Of a stretch of DNA of 64,000 bases, positions 29,283-40,300 are shown in pieces. The notes under the pieces were generated by a model. That model was not told where the DNA came from, made no database searches, and worked only from the letters and a program-made list of their open reading frames with translations. The stretch covers positions 124,001 to 188,000 of the IMG/VR virus record IMGVR_UViG_3300042879_006196, one strand, 5' to 3'. Made by a program: the position numbers and the translations under genes. Each line of letters opens with the position of its first letter. Position 1 is the stretch's first letter.

Positions 29283-29760
29283 TTGCTCTAGTCCAAAGCA
29301 AAGTAAATTGATTTTAATTGATATATCTGGCTCAAATGCTTCGAATATTTCTAAAACTCTAAACAAAGTGAATGAGATTTATTTAGAAAGTGGACCCAAT
29401 GATTATTTTGATATTTATTTTTTTTCAAGTGTCAAGTATTTAGCTTACACTGGAAACAAATTTAATAAAGACCGCGATTTTCTTCCATTTCTTAGGCTGG
29501 GATATGAAAAAACCGCGCAAATTAAAGTGAAAGAAGGAACATCTTTTGAGCTATGTAAATCAATTTTTGAAAATAATAAAATTTATAATCAAGCTTTTCT
29601 TTTGACAGATGGTTTTTTTGAAGACTCAAAAATCACCAAAATAAATAATTCATCCAATATGCAAATAAATATTGTTGGATTAAATATTCAGAATAATGAG
29701 ATTGTGTTAAAAGCATTTGAAAATCCAAATCAAGTGAAAATTGACTTTCAAGGTAATTGA
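29224..29760 (+). CDS. Lipoprotein with VWA-like domain
   Basis: Lipobox-like LISSC; MIDAS-like LIDISGS and LLTDG. Confidence 0.65.
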   Translation: MKEFFSKILMSLSVASLISSCSSPKQSKLILIDISGSNASNISKTLNKVNEIYLESGPNDYFDIYFFSSVKYLAYTGNKFNKDRDFLPFLRLGYEKTAQIKVKEGTSFELCKSIFENNKIYNQAFLLTDGFFEDSKITKINNSSNMQINIVGLNIQNNEIVLKAFENPNQVKIDFQGN

Positions 29761-29784
29761 TCATTTTAAAGAGAAAATAAAGAT

Positions 29785-30321
29785 ATGTTTGATCTTTATT
29801 TGTTTGAAATAGAGTGTGCTGAAAAAATAGGAGCATATAAAATTGCAGACAATTTGCAAGATAAATTAGTGAAGATTGCATCAAAAGATCATAAAGAAGT
29901 GATTAAAAAAATCAAAAAAAAATTTGATAAATCATCTGGCTTTAATGATATTTCTTACATGCAACATCTCGATAAGCTAGAGATAAATGTTGATCCGTCA
30001 ATTAAGAAATCTGTCAAAGATAAAATTAAAGATATGGCAGATCCATTTAAAGTTTCTTTCAGGTATAGCAGTGCTAAAAATATTGACGAATTAATGTCTG
30101 AATCAAGCATTGATCCCATTGACAAACATATAAGCAGATTGAAAAAATTAAGAAAAGAAAATCCAAGTTTTGATATATTCAAAGAAGAGCCATCTGATGA
30201 AGAATTAAAAGAAACTAGTGAATTTCCTGATGATGAAGAATTATCTGATTCAATTATGTCACTTGATCAGTTTCTTTTTTTAATTGCATTAGAAGATATT
30301 AACAAAAAAACTGAATCTTAA
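29785..30321 (+). CDS. Hypothetical, putative head protein with shared N-terminal pro-peptide
   Basis: ...AEKIGAYKIADNLQDKLVKIAS. Confidence 0.55.
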   Translation: MFDLYLFEIECAEKIGAYKIADNLQDKLVKIASKDHKEVIKKIKKKFDKSSGFNDISYMQHLDKLEINVDPSIKKSVKDKIKDMADPFKVSFRYSSAKNIDELMSESSIDPIDKHISRLKKLRKENPSFDIFKEEPSDEELKETSEFPDDEELSDSIMSLDQFLFLIALEDINKKTES

Positions 30322-30596
30322 AAGTTTTTGTTGAAGAATTCTTTTTCAAAAGGAGGTTCTTCTAAATTCATTTTATTTTCAATTGTGCCTAAATTGTAAA
30401 ATTTTACTTTATATGCTTGTAGCAATGGTGTAAAGGTGGCTAGATTGTGTAGAAGCTCATAATATCTTTCACAAATCATCAAAAGCATTAATTTGTATTG
30501 CTCTTCCGAAAACTCAGAAGTTTTTACTTTTTCAATAAAATTTTCAAGCAATTCAGCTTGCCTTAAATATACTGCAGCCACTTCTTCTGGTGTCAT
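30318..30596 (-). CDS. Hypothetical protein
   Basis: 92-aa ORF. Confidence 0.5.
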   Translation of the reverse strand: MTPEEVAAVYLRQAELLENFIEKVKTSEFSEEQYKLMLLMICERYYELLHNLATFTPLLQAYKVKFYNLGTIENKMNLEEPPFEKEFFNKNF

Positions 30597-30617
30597 AATA
30601 TTTCTTTCTTAATTTAT

Positions 30618-31082
30618 TTAATTCTCACTTGTTTCATTTAAAATTTTCAAAGCAATTTGTATTTTTTCATAACTTTTCATTTCGAGGTTTGAAAACTCAG
30701 TGAGATTGTATGACAGAGTTTTATTATTGATTTGATAAGCTAGCATCAATTCATAGGGTATTTTTGAATTTTTATTTTGAATGAAATCAAGACAAGAATT
30801 AGCAAAACTTTTTGCTTCTGTTTCTGATAAACTTAAACTACTTTTGATTGTTTTAACCACTTGATTGCAAACACTGAAATGTAAGTTTTTAAAATCATGT
30901 TTTTCAGCATCAAACACAATCTGATCATCATAAAAAATTTTTATATTCAAAATTTTAAAAAATAGTTCTATTTCAGAAAAATGATCAAATGAATTACAAT
31001 CAATCTTTGAAACTTTCTCAACAGTTAGATTGTCCAACTTTACTTTAAATTGATTACCATCATACTCTACAAAAAAAATCAT
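30618..31082 (-). CDS. Hypothetical protein
   Basis: 154-aa ORF coupled to the upstream gene. Confidence 0.5.
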   Translation of the reverse strand: MIFFVEYDGNQFKVKLDNLTVEKVSKIDCNSFDHFSEIELFFKILNIKIFYDDQIVFDAEKHDFKNLHFSVCNQVVKTIKSSLSLSETEAKSFANSCLDFIQNKNSKIPYELMLAYQINNKTLSYNLTEFSNLEMKSYEKIQIALKILNETSEN

Positions 31083-32236
31083 TGTGGCTCTGTGTATATT
31101 GTGGCTTCTACGGGGGCATATAAACCAGCTCTATTTATATCGAATTCATTTTGATTATAATACTCTTTACTATCAGGATCTGAAGCCTGTAATAATGCTA
31201 TGAACTCTACAACGTGTACAAAACTTGCACTTGAAGCGTCAACTTTTACATCAAATGATTGCAAAGTAACATTTGACATAGGAAAATAAAAGGGTCCCCC
31301 AAAATAAAGTATAAATTGTTTGTGATTGCCAGCTGAGAAGTAAATTGAAAGATTTTCAGATGAAATAAACTTAAAACTACCAGTTACTTTACGTTTTTTA
31401 TAAGATAAAAACTTAATGCCATCTGATAAAAATTTATTTACACCATCATTGGCTGTATAAACTTGAGTAAAAGAATTTGAAATACTCAAATTCATTGATA
31501 GAATATTTATGCCTTCTGCAACAAAATAAGATTGTAAAGATTGTGTGGAAGTGCTAATATCTGAAGAATTTTGTGCTACATTTAAGCTTAAAATACAATC
31601 ATAATTTTTTGCTGTTCTGTAAGTTTGCCTATAACTGTTTATATCATAATTTGGCAACTCACTAGGTGGTAAAATTTGACTGCCACCTTCAAAATCTATA
31701 GTCACAGAAACGTCTCCTCCTTCTGCTAAACTTATATCAAATTTTTCAACAAATAAAGGACCTCCTAAATTTTTTGGGTTTACATCAACATTTAAAAAGA
31801 AAGGCACAAATTGATATACTGCCAATCTCCACAATAACTGCTGAAAATAAGAATTTTGGTCATTCTCTACATAAGGAACTAGTACATTAGTAGTTAAACT
31901 GCCAGCTGTTTTAATCTTATCACTTCTAGCAAGAGCAATAAAATCTGAATATGTAAATGTATTTACTGGTTGGAACAAATCAATTTTATTAATAGTTACA
32001 CTGTTAATCATCCCCAAATAATAATTTGTGTTATCATGTGCTGTTTGTTTTAAAGAGCCTTTTTGAGCTTGATCAAAAAAATCTAATGATGGTGTGTAAA
32101 CTTTTACTAAATCTTTGTTTATCAAATTCTTGAAAACATTCAAAAAGGGAATATAAGAAAAATTTTGAGTGTAAAAGTATGGATCTTTATGAATGGCAAT
32201 TGCTACCTTTTTAAGCGATGAAGGATTAATTATCAT
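31079..32236 (-). CDS. Putative tail tube-like protein
   Basis: Beta-rich; SMNLSISNSF...RKVTGSF pattern resembling tube proteins; similar to 32607-33899. Confidence 0.45.
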   Translation of the reverse strand: MIINPSSLKKVAIAIHKDPYFYTQNFSYIPFLNVFKNLINKDLVKVYTPSLDFFDQAQKGSLKQTAHDNTNYYLGMINSVTINKIDLFQPVNTFTYSDFIALARSDKIKTAGSLTTNVLVPYVENDQNSYFQQLLWRLAVYQFVPFFLNVDVNPKNLGGPLFVEKFDISLAEGGDVSVTIDFEGGSQILPPSELPNYDINSYRQTYRTAKNYDCILSLNVAQNSSDISTSTQSLQSYFVAEGINILSMNLSISNSFTQVYTANDGVNKFLSDGIKFLSYKKRKVTGSFKFISSENLSIYFSAGNHKQFILYFGGPFYFPMSNVTLQSFDVKVDASSASFVHVVEFIALLQASDPDSKEYYNQNEFDINRAGLYAPVEATIYTEPQ

Positions 32237-32607
32237 ATCACTGTTTTAATCCACTCCTTGCAAACAAGCTTTATTAAGTTGTAATTTAATTTATTGATAT
32301 CAACTTGATTAATAATAATTGGATCCAAATTTAGTTCTTCCGAAAACTGTAAATTATTTATTGCAGAAAGAAAAATATTTCTGTAAAGAATTGAAGTTCT
32401 TACAAAAGGCTTTCCAGTAATATGATTTATGAAAGTTGCCTCCTCTAAGGCTTCACTTATAATGTCAAATCTTGGTCCTTTTGCATGAAAATGTATTTTA
32501 TGTTTATTGTTTTCTTTTGGATAGTCAACAATTAATAATCCATTATCTAGTTTCACCACACTACATTCGGTTTCAAATTCATACAAGTCATTGTTCAAAA
32601 TAATCAT
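32233..32607 (-). CDS. Hypothetical, possible tail assembly chaperone
   Basis: Small ORF between two tube-like genes. Confidence 0.35.
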   Translation of the reverse strand: MIILNNDLYEFETECSVVKLDNGLLIVDYPKENNKHKIHFHAKGPRFDIISEALEEATFINHITGKPFVRTSILYRNIFLSAINNLQFSEELNLDPIIINQVDINKLNYNLIKLVCKEWIKTVI

Positions 32608-33899
32608 TAATCATATTCTCCTTCCATTTCAAAAATTGGTTGACCATTTCTCACTCTAGTAATTGCAAACCAATCAAAATCTAATGATACAAAACTACCT
32701 TGATCATTATTTATTTTAGTTGGTTGCCATATCGTGTAAGGTATATTTAAAACTTGGTTTCCAAAATAAATTTGCAAGCTTTTGTTATTTGCACCTGTCA
32801 AGGCTGGATATTTATTAAATGTTGGCTGTGAAGATCTTAACGCTAACACTGACATTTTTCCATTAACTTTTCTGCTTTGGGAATAATAACCCTTAACAAA
32901 TCTTCGTGGCATCTTTTCATAATTATTTCCATAAAAAGGATTAAGATTATTTTGAATGTTAATTGAAATTTCTTTTATTGGCGTGGGAATGAAACTTTGA
33001 GTAAATAATCCGCTTAATTGATCCAACGTTTTTAAGTCTGTAATATTAAAATCAGATTGTACATCATTTACATAATCTGAAATTTTAATTCTTGATTTGT
33101 GTAAAGGTATAATTGGGAGAAATTCAAATTTTCTTTGAGATGAGTTAATAAAATTGAATCTTGTTGATGCATCATAATTTATTGCAACAATTTTGCAGCC
33201 TAATTTGATATAATCTTCTTGGATAGTAAAATTTATTGAATCTACCATACAAGGATAAAAACTACCTTCCGAAGTATCCATTCTGAACATTGGCTCATTA
33301 AAGATTGGGTATGTTGGGTCTGTTGAAGAACCATAAATAAAAACTTCAAGCCAATAGCCATTGAGCCATTCTTGGTCAGTGGGAAAAGATTGTAACCCAA
33401 CAACATTATAACCATTCGTCAGAAAGTACAAAAATTTTGGCGCACTTGCTGGAGGTTCAGGATTAAACAAAGCTTGATACATCAAAGTCTCGTTCACAGG
33501 TGGACTATTTCCAGGATTGTGTGTGAATTTATATGATGTGGATGTGCCTTGAAAAGCCCAAGCTGAAACGTTTAGTAGCAAGTCAATCGCTGGGTCTAAG
33601 CATCCAATTAGACTGTTAGCAAATAGAAAATTTACGTCAATACTAATTTGTCTATTTTCAAAACTAAAATGTGATTGTTGGTTAAAGCCACCGAAAGATA
33701 AATTATCTTGCGACGCAACGCTGACATCAACACTAAACTTATCCACTAATGCTATTCTTGGAATAGGGGTGTTATTTCTATCTTTTTGGGCTAACCAAGG
33801 TTGAGACACGCCCACTGTAATACCATTTCCGAAATAGTCGCATTTATAAAGCTCTACTTTACCAAAATTACTAGGATATGAGAAAAGGTTAAAAATCAT
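32607..33899 (-). CDS. Putative tail tube-like protein
   Basis: CMVDSINFTI...EISINIQNNLNP...RKVNGKM pattern. Confidence 0.45.
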   Translation of the reverse strand: MIFNLFSYPSNFGKVELYKCDYFGNGITVGVSQPWLAQKDRNNTPIPRIALVDKFSVDVSVASQDNLSFGGFNQQSHFSFENRQISIDVNFLFANSLIGCLDPAIDLLLNVSAWAFQGTSTSYKFTHNPGNSPPVNETLMYQALFNPEPPASAPKFLYFLTNGYNVVGLQSFPTDQEWLNGYWLEVFIYGSSTDPTYPIFNEPMFRMDTSEGSFYPCMVDSINFTIQEDYIKLGCKIVAINYDASTRFNFINSSQRKFEFLPIIPLHKSRIKISDYVNDVQSDFNITDLKTLDQLSGLFTQSFIPTPIKEISINIQNNLNPFYGNNYEKMPRRFVKGYYSQSRKVNGKMSVLALRSSQPTFNKYPALTGANNKSLQIYFGNQVLNIPYTIWQPTKINNDQGSFVSLDFDWFAITRVRNGQPIFEMEGEYD

Positions 33900-36475
33900 G
33901 GTACACTGTCTATGGTAATGGTATCATATATAGTCCAATTAATTATTGATGTATTTGCTACAAAGTTTACTCCAAGCGTTAAATCAGGCTCAATAAAAAC
34001 ATCTACTACTTGATCAAAAAGATCATCTACGTTACCGAGCAAAATAGTTGCACCTCTTTCTGTGCCTTGTGGTACTGAACCAGATAAAGTGGTTTGATAT
34101 CCAGTGGTTGAATTTTCAGCTAAAACATAAACTGTCATTGAATTTTGAATCGGAGAAGTAGATGAGTATGTTTGCCCTAATACTGTTAAATTATTCCCTG
34201 CATCGTTAAAATTCATACTACTTAGGTCCAAATATGGGACAAAAATCTGAACTCTAGCTGGATAAGCTGATTTATCATTTGTAAGGTAAACCCCTCTTGA
34301 TGAAGTTACGGTTCCTGTGCTACCCTGATCTAAAAATCCAAGTTTTGCTATTTGAGATTGTGTGATAGATGTATTGAATGACGTAAAATCATTTGTTGTA
34401 GCAAAATATGTTGTAAATCCTTGGGTATCGATAAATTTTAATTTTTGACTTGCTGAAAGGCTGTAAGGGGTGTTCATTGAAAAAACTGCCCAATAATTTG
34501 TGTTAGATTGCAATCCAACAAAATTAGTATTATCCACTGGTAAATTCATTATGTAAGCTGAAGATATTGAGGCAATTGGCATTGATTGTAAAGGATAAAT
34601 CTCTGGTTCTATTGGATTGTAATTTGTGCCACTATAAATTCCACAACTTAACTGTGACACAATCGGAAATAACTGGGCTCCAGCACCTCCAGAGCTTGTT
34701 TGTGCATCAAATATTGTGATAGTAGGCGTCTCTGTGTATCCACTACCGAAAGATGTAACTAATGCCGAACTAATGCCACCCCCAGCTGATGTAGATAATG
34801 ATATCGCGGCTCCATATCCATTTCCTGAAATAATTGCATATGGAGAAATATAATTGGATCCAGCATTAACGATTAAACAGCTTTGAATTCCTGTTAAAGC
34901 CGAATTATCTGATATAAAAGCATTAAAGGCTAAACCACCAATTGCTCCTGAAATTGCATCTGCATCTTTAATTTTGAAAGCAAATTTAGAAGATGAAATT
35001 CCAAAAGAAGAATTAAGTGAAGGCAGAATAGTGTCATTTAAAGTGTAACCGCTCAATTGAAATGGGTCTGTTAATCTCTGTTGCTGGAAACCATTTTGCT
35101 CTTTGATATTTTTGTAAACATGAAAGAAAATTAAATTAGATATTGTCGGAGAAGTGTAACTTAAATAATTATTTACTTTTTTATCAAAATAAAAATTTGA
35201 AGCAGAATTAACTTTAGGTGCATACTCTCCATCTGAAGTGACCGCTGATAAACCATAAGCATGCGTACCATTATAAATTGTTGAGTTTCCTGTAAAGTCC
35301 ACTAAGTTTAACACTGATGTACTTCCAGGGAACGTACCTAAACTTTGTCCTACTAAGGCATTGCCTCCAAAAATATCTCCTCTAAAAATCGCAAATGTTC
35401 TAGTCAAATCAACATTTTTGTAATAATAATAAAAATCTTTAAACCTAGAATCAAAATCGGTTTTTTGCAAGCCATTGAATCCTAATCCATATTGAAATAA
35501 GACAGTGGGCTTAAAAGGCTGATTTCTCCAATATTGATCAAACCCCACTGAGTTAGAAGAAATATTTGTTGTGTATGTAATAAAACTGTTTACTAGATTT
35601 GATTCGATTGTGTATTTTTGTAAAGTGTTATATACCTTAACAGAATTATTGACAGAATTTAAGAATGCATTGTATGCTTGCTGATTAGGGAAAAAACTTG
35701 CTGGATTACTGTATTCAGGATAAGATTCATATAAAGCAATTACTCCAAGTGGGCAACTATATGTAAGAGAGGAAGTGCCAGTAATATTTACTGTGGCTGA
35801 AGCTAAAATAATTCCTGAAGATGGAACTTCTATGTCAGGTGGCGTTCCATTAGCGGCAAACGTAGTAATATACTTAATTACTGGTTGAAAAATCAAATTA
35901 GCATTGAATCCAGTGGAAGCATAAGCGCTCACGTCTTGATTCAACACAATTGTGTTTGTATTTGAATTTATTGAAGCTACACCAAAAAGATAATTATTAA
36001 TATTTATTGTTTTGAAATTATTCAAATATCCTACACTTGGAAGTTGATCTACTGTAATGATATTTGATGAAATTGCAGTGATTGTGCAAGAAAAAATTGT
36101 AGATGCTAAATTAAAATCATTATAATCTAAATAAAATTTGAAAAGTTTAGTACCTTGATAATCCACATCATTTTTCACTGGAATAGATTGTGAAGGAACA
36201 ACAATTTTATTTCTTTGATAAAAAACTATTCCTTGGCTAAACTGAAATTCAATTTGCTCAATATTATTTACAAAATCCATATTTGCAAATGAATCTGCAT
36301 CTTCAAACACACCAAATACTGGTTTGCCATAAGTTAATATAGATGCAATCTGAGACACGTTAAATAAAGCTGAATTAGGACTAGTGGTACTGCCTAATAC
36401 ATTCTTTTTGAGATCATAAGAAATCCCAACAGATTGTGAAAGATTAACTAAAAAAGAATCGTTTATATTTGCCAC
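33896..36475 (-). CDS. Putative virion (tail/baseplate) protein
   Basis: S/T/N-rich; NAGSNY...GSGYTETPTITI...GAGA repeats typical of phage structural proteins. Confidence 0.6.
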   Translation of the reverse strand: MANINDSFLVNLSQSVGISYDLKKNVLGSTTSPNSALFNVSQIASILTYGKPVFGVFEDADSFANMDFVNNIEQIEFQFSQGIVFYQRNKIVVPSQSIPVKNDVDYQGTKLFKFYLDYNDFNLASTIFSCTITAISSNIITVDQLPSVGYLNNFKTININNYLFGVASINSNTNTIVLNQDVSAYASTGFNANLIFQPVIKYITTFAANGTPPDIEVPSSGIILASATVNITGTSSLTYSCPLGVIALYESYPEYSNPASFFPNQQAYNAFLNSVNNSVKVYNTLQKYTIESNLVNSFITYTTNISSNSVGFDQYWRNQPFKPTVLFQYGLGFNGLQKTDFDSRFKDFYYYYKNVDLTRTFAIFRGDIFGGNALVGQSLGTFPGSTSVLNLVDFTGNSTIYNGTHAYGLSAVTSDGEYAPKVNSASNFYFDKKVNNYLSYTSPTISNLIFFHVYKNIKEQNGFQQQRLTDPFQLSGYTLNDTILPSLNSSFGISSSKFAFKIKDADAISGAIGGLAFNAFISDNSALTGIQSCLIVNAGSNYISPYAIISGNGYGAAISLSTSAGGGISSALVTSFGSGYTETPTITIFDAQTSSGGAGAQLFPIVSQLSCGIYSGTNYNPIEPEIYPLQSMPIASISSAYIMNLPVDNTNFVGLQSNTNYWAVFSMNTPYSLSASQKLKFIDTQGFTTYFATTNDFTSFNTSITQSQIAKLGFLDQGSTGTVTSSRGVYLTNDKSAYPARVQIFVPYLDLSSMNFNDAGNNLTVLGQTYSSTSPIQNSMTVYVLAENSTTGYQTTLSGSVPQGTERGATILLGNVDDLFDQVVDVFIEPDLTLGVNFVANTSIINWTIYDTITIDSVP

Positions 36476-36509
36476 TTATGATATTTTTATGAATTCGTAG
36501 CGTCTATGC

Positions 36510-37343
36510 CTAGCTTACACCAAAATAGTCATTTAAAAATTCTTGAACAAAAAAAGGAACTTCTGATTTATTCAAACTATACCAACTAATAAAATTTGGA
36601 TTCCAACTTAATAAGTTTGCCCAATTATAAACATTCATATAAGTGCTATTAAATAAATTGTTATAAATAGTATAATCTACTTGAGTGTTAAATTTAATAA
36701 ATGCATCATTTGCGTTCAAAGAATAAAATTGACCATATCCATTGTTATATCTGAAACTTTTTAAGCTTATTGAATACAATGAAGTGGGTAATGATTGCCA
36801 ACTAGTATTAATTCCTGAAATTGTGACATCTTCCAAGCGAGTCAAAACTAAAATAGATAAATTTGGATCATTAATTAAATCAGATTCAAAATCTCTTATT
36901 ATGTTGGCATCTAAATCTTCATTTGAATCATAGGGTACTCCATAAGTTTTAAAGTTAGAAGCAATACCTACGATTGAAGCCCCATTTTGCTGAATAGATA
37001 TTTTCAAAGGAAGTGTTTTGTTTACATAATTAATTGTACTTAAACCAGATGCTGGTAAGTCTTGAAGAGAAATCAAATTTTGTACTTGTATAGTTGTGTC
37101 ATTATTTAAGTCTGGCAAAACTTGATACACAGAATTATATGTAAACACACCTGGTTGAATCTTAATGTTGTTTAAATCGAATGGCTGGTAAAGCTCAAAT
37201 CCATAATTGAGAGAAAAAGATGTTGAAAATCCATAATTTCGCAAAGTGTTTATATTTGCATTTTCAATTTCTAATGACTTTTTATATTTATAAAAAAGCT
37301 CACACATAGATCCTAATAAATTTGTTATAATCGAAGTTGTCAT
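36510..37343 (-). CDS. Putative virion protein
   Basis: Same operon and composition as its neighbours. Confidence 0.5.
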   Translation of the reverse strand: MTTSIITNLLGSMCELFYKYKKSLEIENANINTLRNYGFSTSFSLNYGFELYQPFDLNNIKIQPGVFTYNSVYQVLPDLNNDTTIQVQNLISLQDLPASGLSTINYVNKTLPLKISIQQNGASIVGIASNFKTYGVPYDSNEDLDANIIRDFESDLINDPNLSILVLTRLEDVTISGINTSWQSLPTSLYSISLKSFRYNNGYGQFYSLNANDAFIKFNTQVDYTIYNNLFNSTYMNVYNWANLLSWNPNFISWYSLNKSEVPFFVQEFLNDYFGVS

Positions 37344-40300
37344 GATGATCTAATAACGAAAGAGTCTCCTGGTGGATATCCACTATTCACTGATTCTGCA
37401 TCTTCTAGTGTTTTAGAAACATTAAAAAATACAATATTGTCGATTGGTGCGCCAGAATTTAAACTCACAGGATTTGGAGTAATTCCAGATGATATTGAAT
37501 TATAGTTAATTAATGTGTTTCCTGCTCCTACATTCCAATTCACTTGAATCATGGAAGTAGATAAAGAGAAATAATATACCTTAAAATACACAGGCAAAGA
37601 TCTTTCAGAAACACTTAAACTTGAAGATGAAACAATGATGCCTGTTGAAATTGTGCTAAATGTATCAATCAAAGGTTGAGAATTATTGTTGATGTATAGC
37701 TGGACACCAGCAGATGTACCTATAGTGATTGAAACTGGAACGGTTGATGCCAAGTTCCCAGATGGTTGAAAAGTACCTTCAAATATCCCCGATTTTACTC
37801 CAGTAGAAATTCCTATTATTGTGTTAGCAGAACCCTGTAAATAATTTATTGAATCCACATAGGATTGCTGAATAACATTGAAGATTGAAAAGTTTTTATA
37901 ATTAGAAGTGGTTCTATCCATCCAAGTCACTTTCCATTTTGGATAAGCATTTAAGGTAATTGTTTCTTGATTATAAATTCCATTTGAATTATATCCAATA
38001 TTAACATAAATATCATGAGAATATCCCAAATACTGATAAACAGGTAAACTCGTACCAATTACACTTGTATTATTCAAAAATGCTCTTGGATAAATTGATA
38101 ATGGTTGATTTACAAGATCTGATTTATATGACCAGTAACCATCTACCACATTTACAGGATCTGACTCTCTCAATCTATTTGGTTTTGCCAAACCAAATTG
38201 TGATTTATCTGTGTAATTGAAAGCTCCATAAATATCTGGACTTACTTGATTAAAAAGTTTATTGAACACAAAATTGAAATTAACAGAAGTGTTAGACAGC
38301 CCAATCTGGCTCAAAGTAGACATGCCCAAAAGCACACCATCATATTGTGAAAGAGATCTACTCGCAAATGCTTGATTAATAAATAAAGGATTTGCTGATA
38401 TTAAACTTGCTGAGTTAATAATTGTTCCAGAATATAGTGTACTATTGAAAGTAAATGCCACTCCAGTAAAAGTGCTTGAAAGAGATGCAACATTAACCAA
38501 ATTACTAAAAATTATTCCTGTTTCAGAATTATAAGTGGTAGATATTTTTAAAGACAAATTATTGGCGCCTTCATATTCACTATTTTTTCTTAAGTTAATA
38601 TTGGCTCCAATCGTATCACTAATTAATAAATCAGAGCCAAAAATATTTGATAAATTTATTGGAGCTTTGGCAATATCTAAATCATAACCATTTGTGGAAA
38701 TTCCACCAGCTATAATAAAGTAATTTGGGTCATTGTAAATATCTGATGACAGTATAGAATAATCAGAAGTTGAAATCCCAGTAAATGATCCTTTTATGCT
38801 TAAAAAACAATTAGTCAAATTTTGTTTTATCGAAACATAGTATACTGATTGTGAGAGTGACACTAAAGTATTAGCAAAATTAAAATATATTGGAATGTTT
38901 AGATCTGAATAACTATTTCTACTAATTTCAGTTATAGATATTCTATCTGAACTTGCCACTTCAGTTTTTATATTATCCTCTAGCGCATAAATTTTAAATT
39001 GTATATCTCCACTTGGATTTTTGCCATTCAATTCAATTAATTTACAGCTTATTGTAACAAAACTAATTTGTTTGTTGCCGAAAGAATATGGCACAGTAAT
39101 TGAATTGAATATTTCATCTTCATATAAAAGATAAGTTTGCGAACCAGCTGTATAGTTTAGATTGGACAAGTTTGTGTTAGGTGTAGAAAAATTATTAATG
39201 TTTTCTAAATCACCTGGCTGTAAATTCAAAGGGGCTATTAAGAATGAATCAATGGTAGGGGCATTATTTATTTTTATATCAATGTCAGCAAAAGAAGTGT
39301 AACCTAAGCCAACTAATGCTCTAGGGTTGAATTTAAAACCAGCATTGTAGCCTATAGCTGGAGGTTTAGTTTGTGTGAAACTTGTTATAATTTTGCTTGT
39401 ATTTACGGTTGCTGAAAACTCAGAAACATTATCCATAACCAAAGTTATAGAAGCGCTAGATGTTCCAATGCCTGTAGAAGTAAACCCAACATTCAGAAAA
39501 GTACTAAAACCGAAGTAAAAATTACTTCCTGGATTTAGAATTTTTATTGAGCTTGGATCTAAAATACCACTTGATAAAATACTAAATTCAATTTGAGCAG
39601 GTTGTTCGTCTGATTTTTGATTATCTGGAGGTAAAAACCATGCAGTGTATCCTCCAGGTATTTGTGAGCTTCCAAAAGAATTTACAGTAACAGATTTCAA
39701 TCTACAATTGTAACCTACAGGAATATTTGAGATTGTGTATGGGGGTGAACCAACAAAAGCTGTAGCAATGCCACTTAAAATATTTGCCGTCAGATTAGTA
39801 AACCCTGTATCATCAATTTGAGCTGGCTCTAAGAATTTTTCATCAAATCCTTCGTTCCAATATTTAGGTTGATTGACAACATAATTAGCAGCACATATTG
39901 AAATACTCGTGAGCGCATTGAAGTTGTTTGAAAACTTATCTAAATTAATAGTGTAAAAAGAATTTCCAGCATCAAGATAATCTTGTATGGCTTCGTTGAT
40001 GTCATCAGAATTAGTTATGCCCTGACTTCTTAAATAATCTATAAACTCTTCGTAGGTATATTTTGTAGAATCTTTAGGTGAAAAAGATTTAGTAAGTATT
40101 GGGACAACAGATCCATCTTTTAAATTTGGAATAAGACCAGAGTATCCATACAATCTGAATTCATTTATGCTTGAAACACTATAGTCGCTGTAATCCGTAG
40201 AATCTGGATTTGCTAAATAATAATATCCAATAGTATCTTGGTTGTTAAAAATCCTGTTGTTGTAATCACTTTCAGAGATCAGATATTTAGATGCCATCAA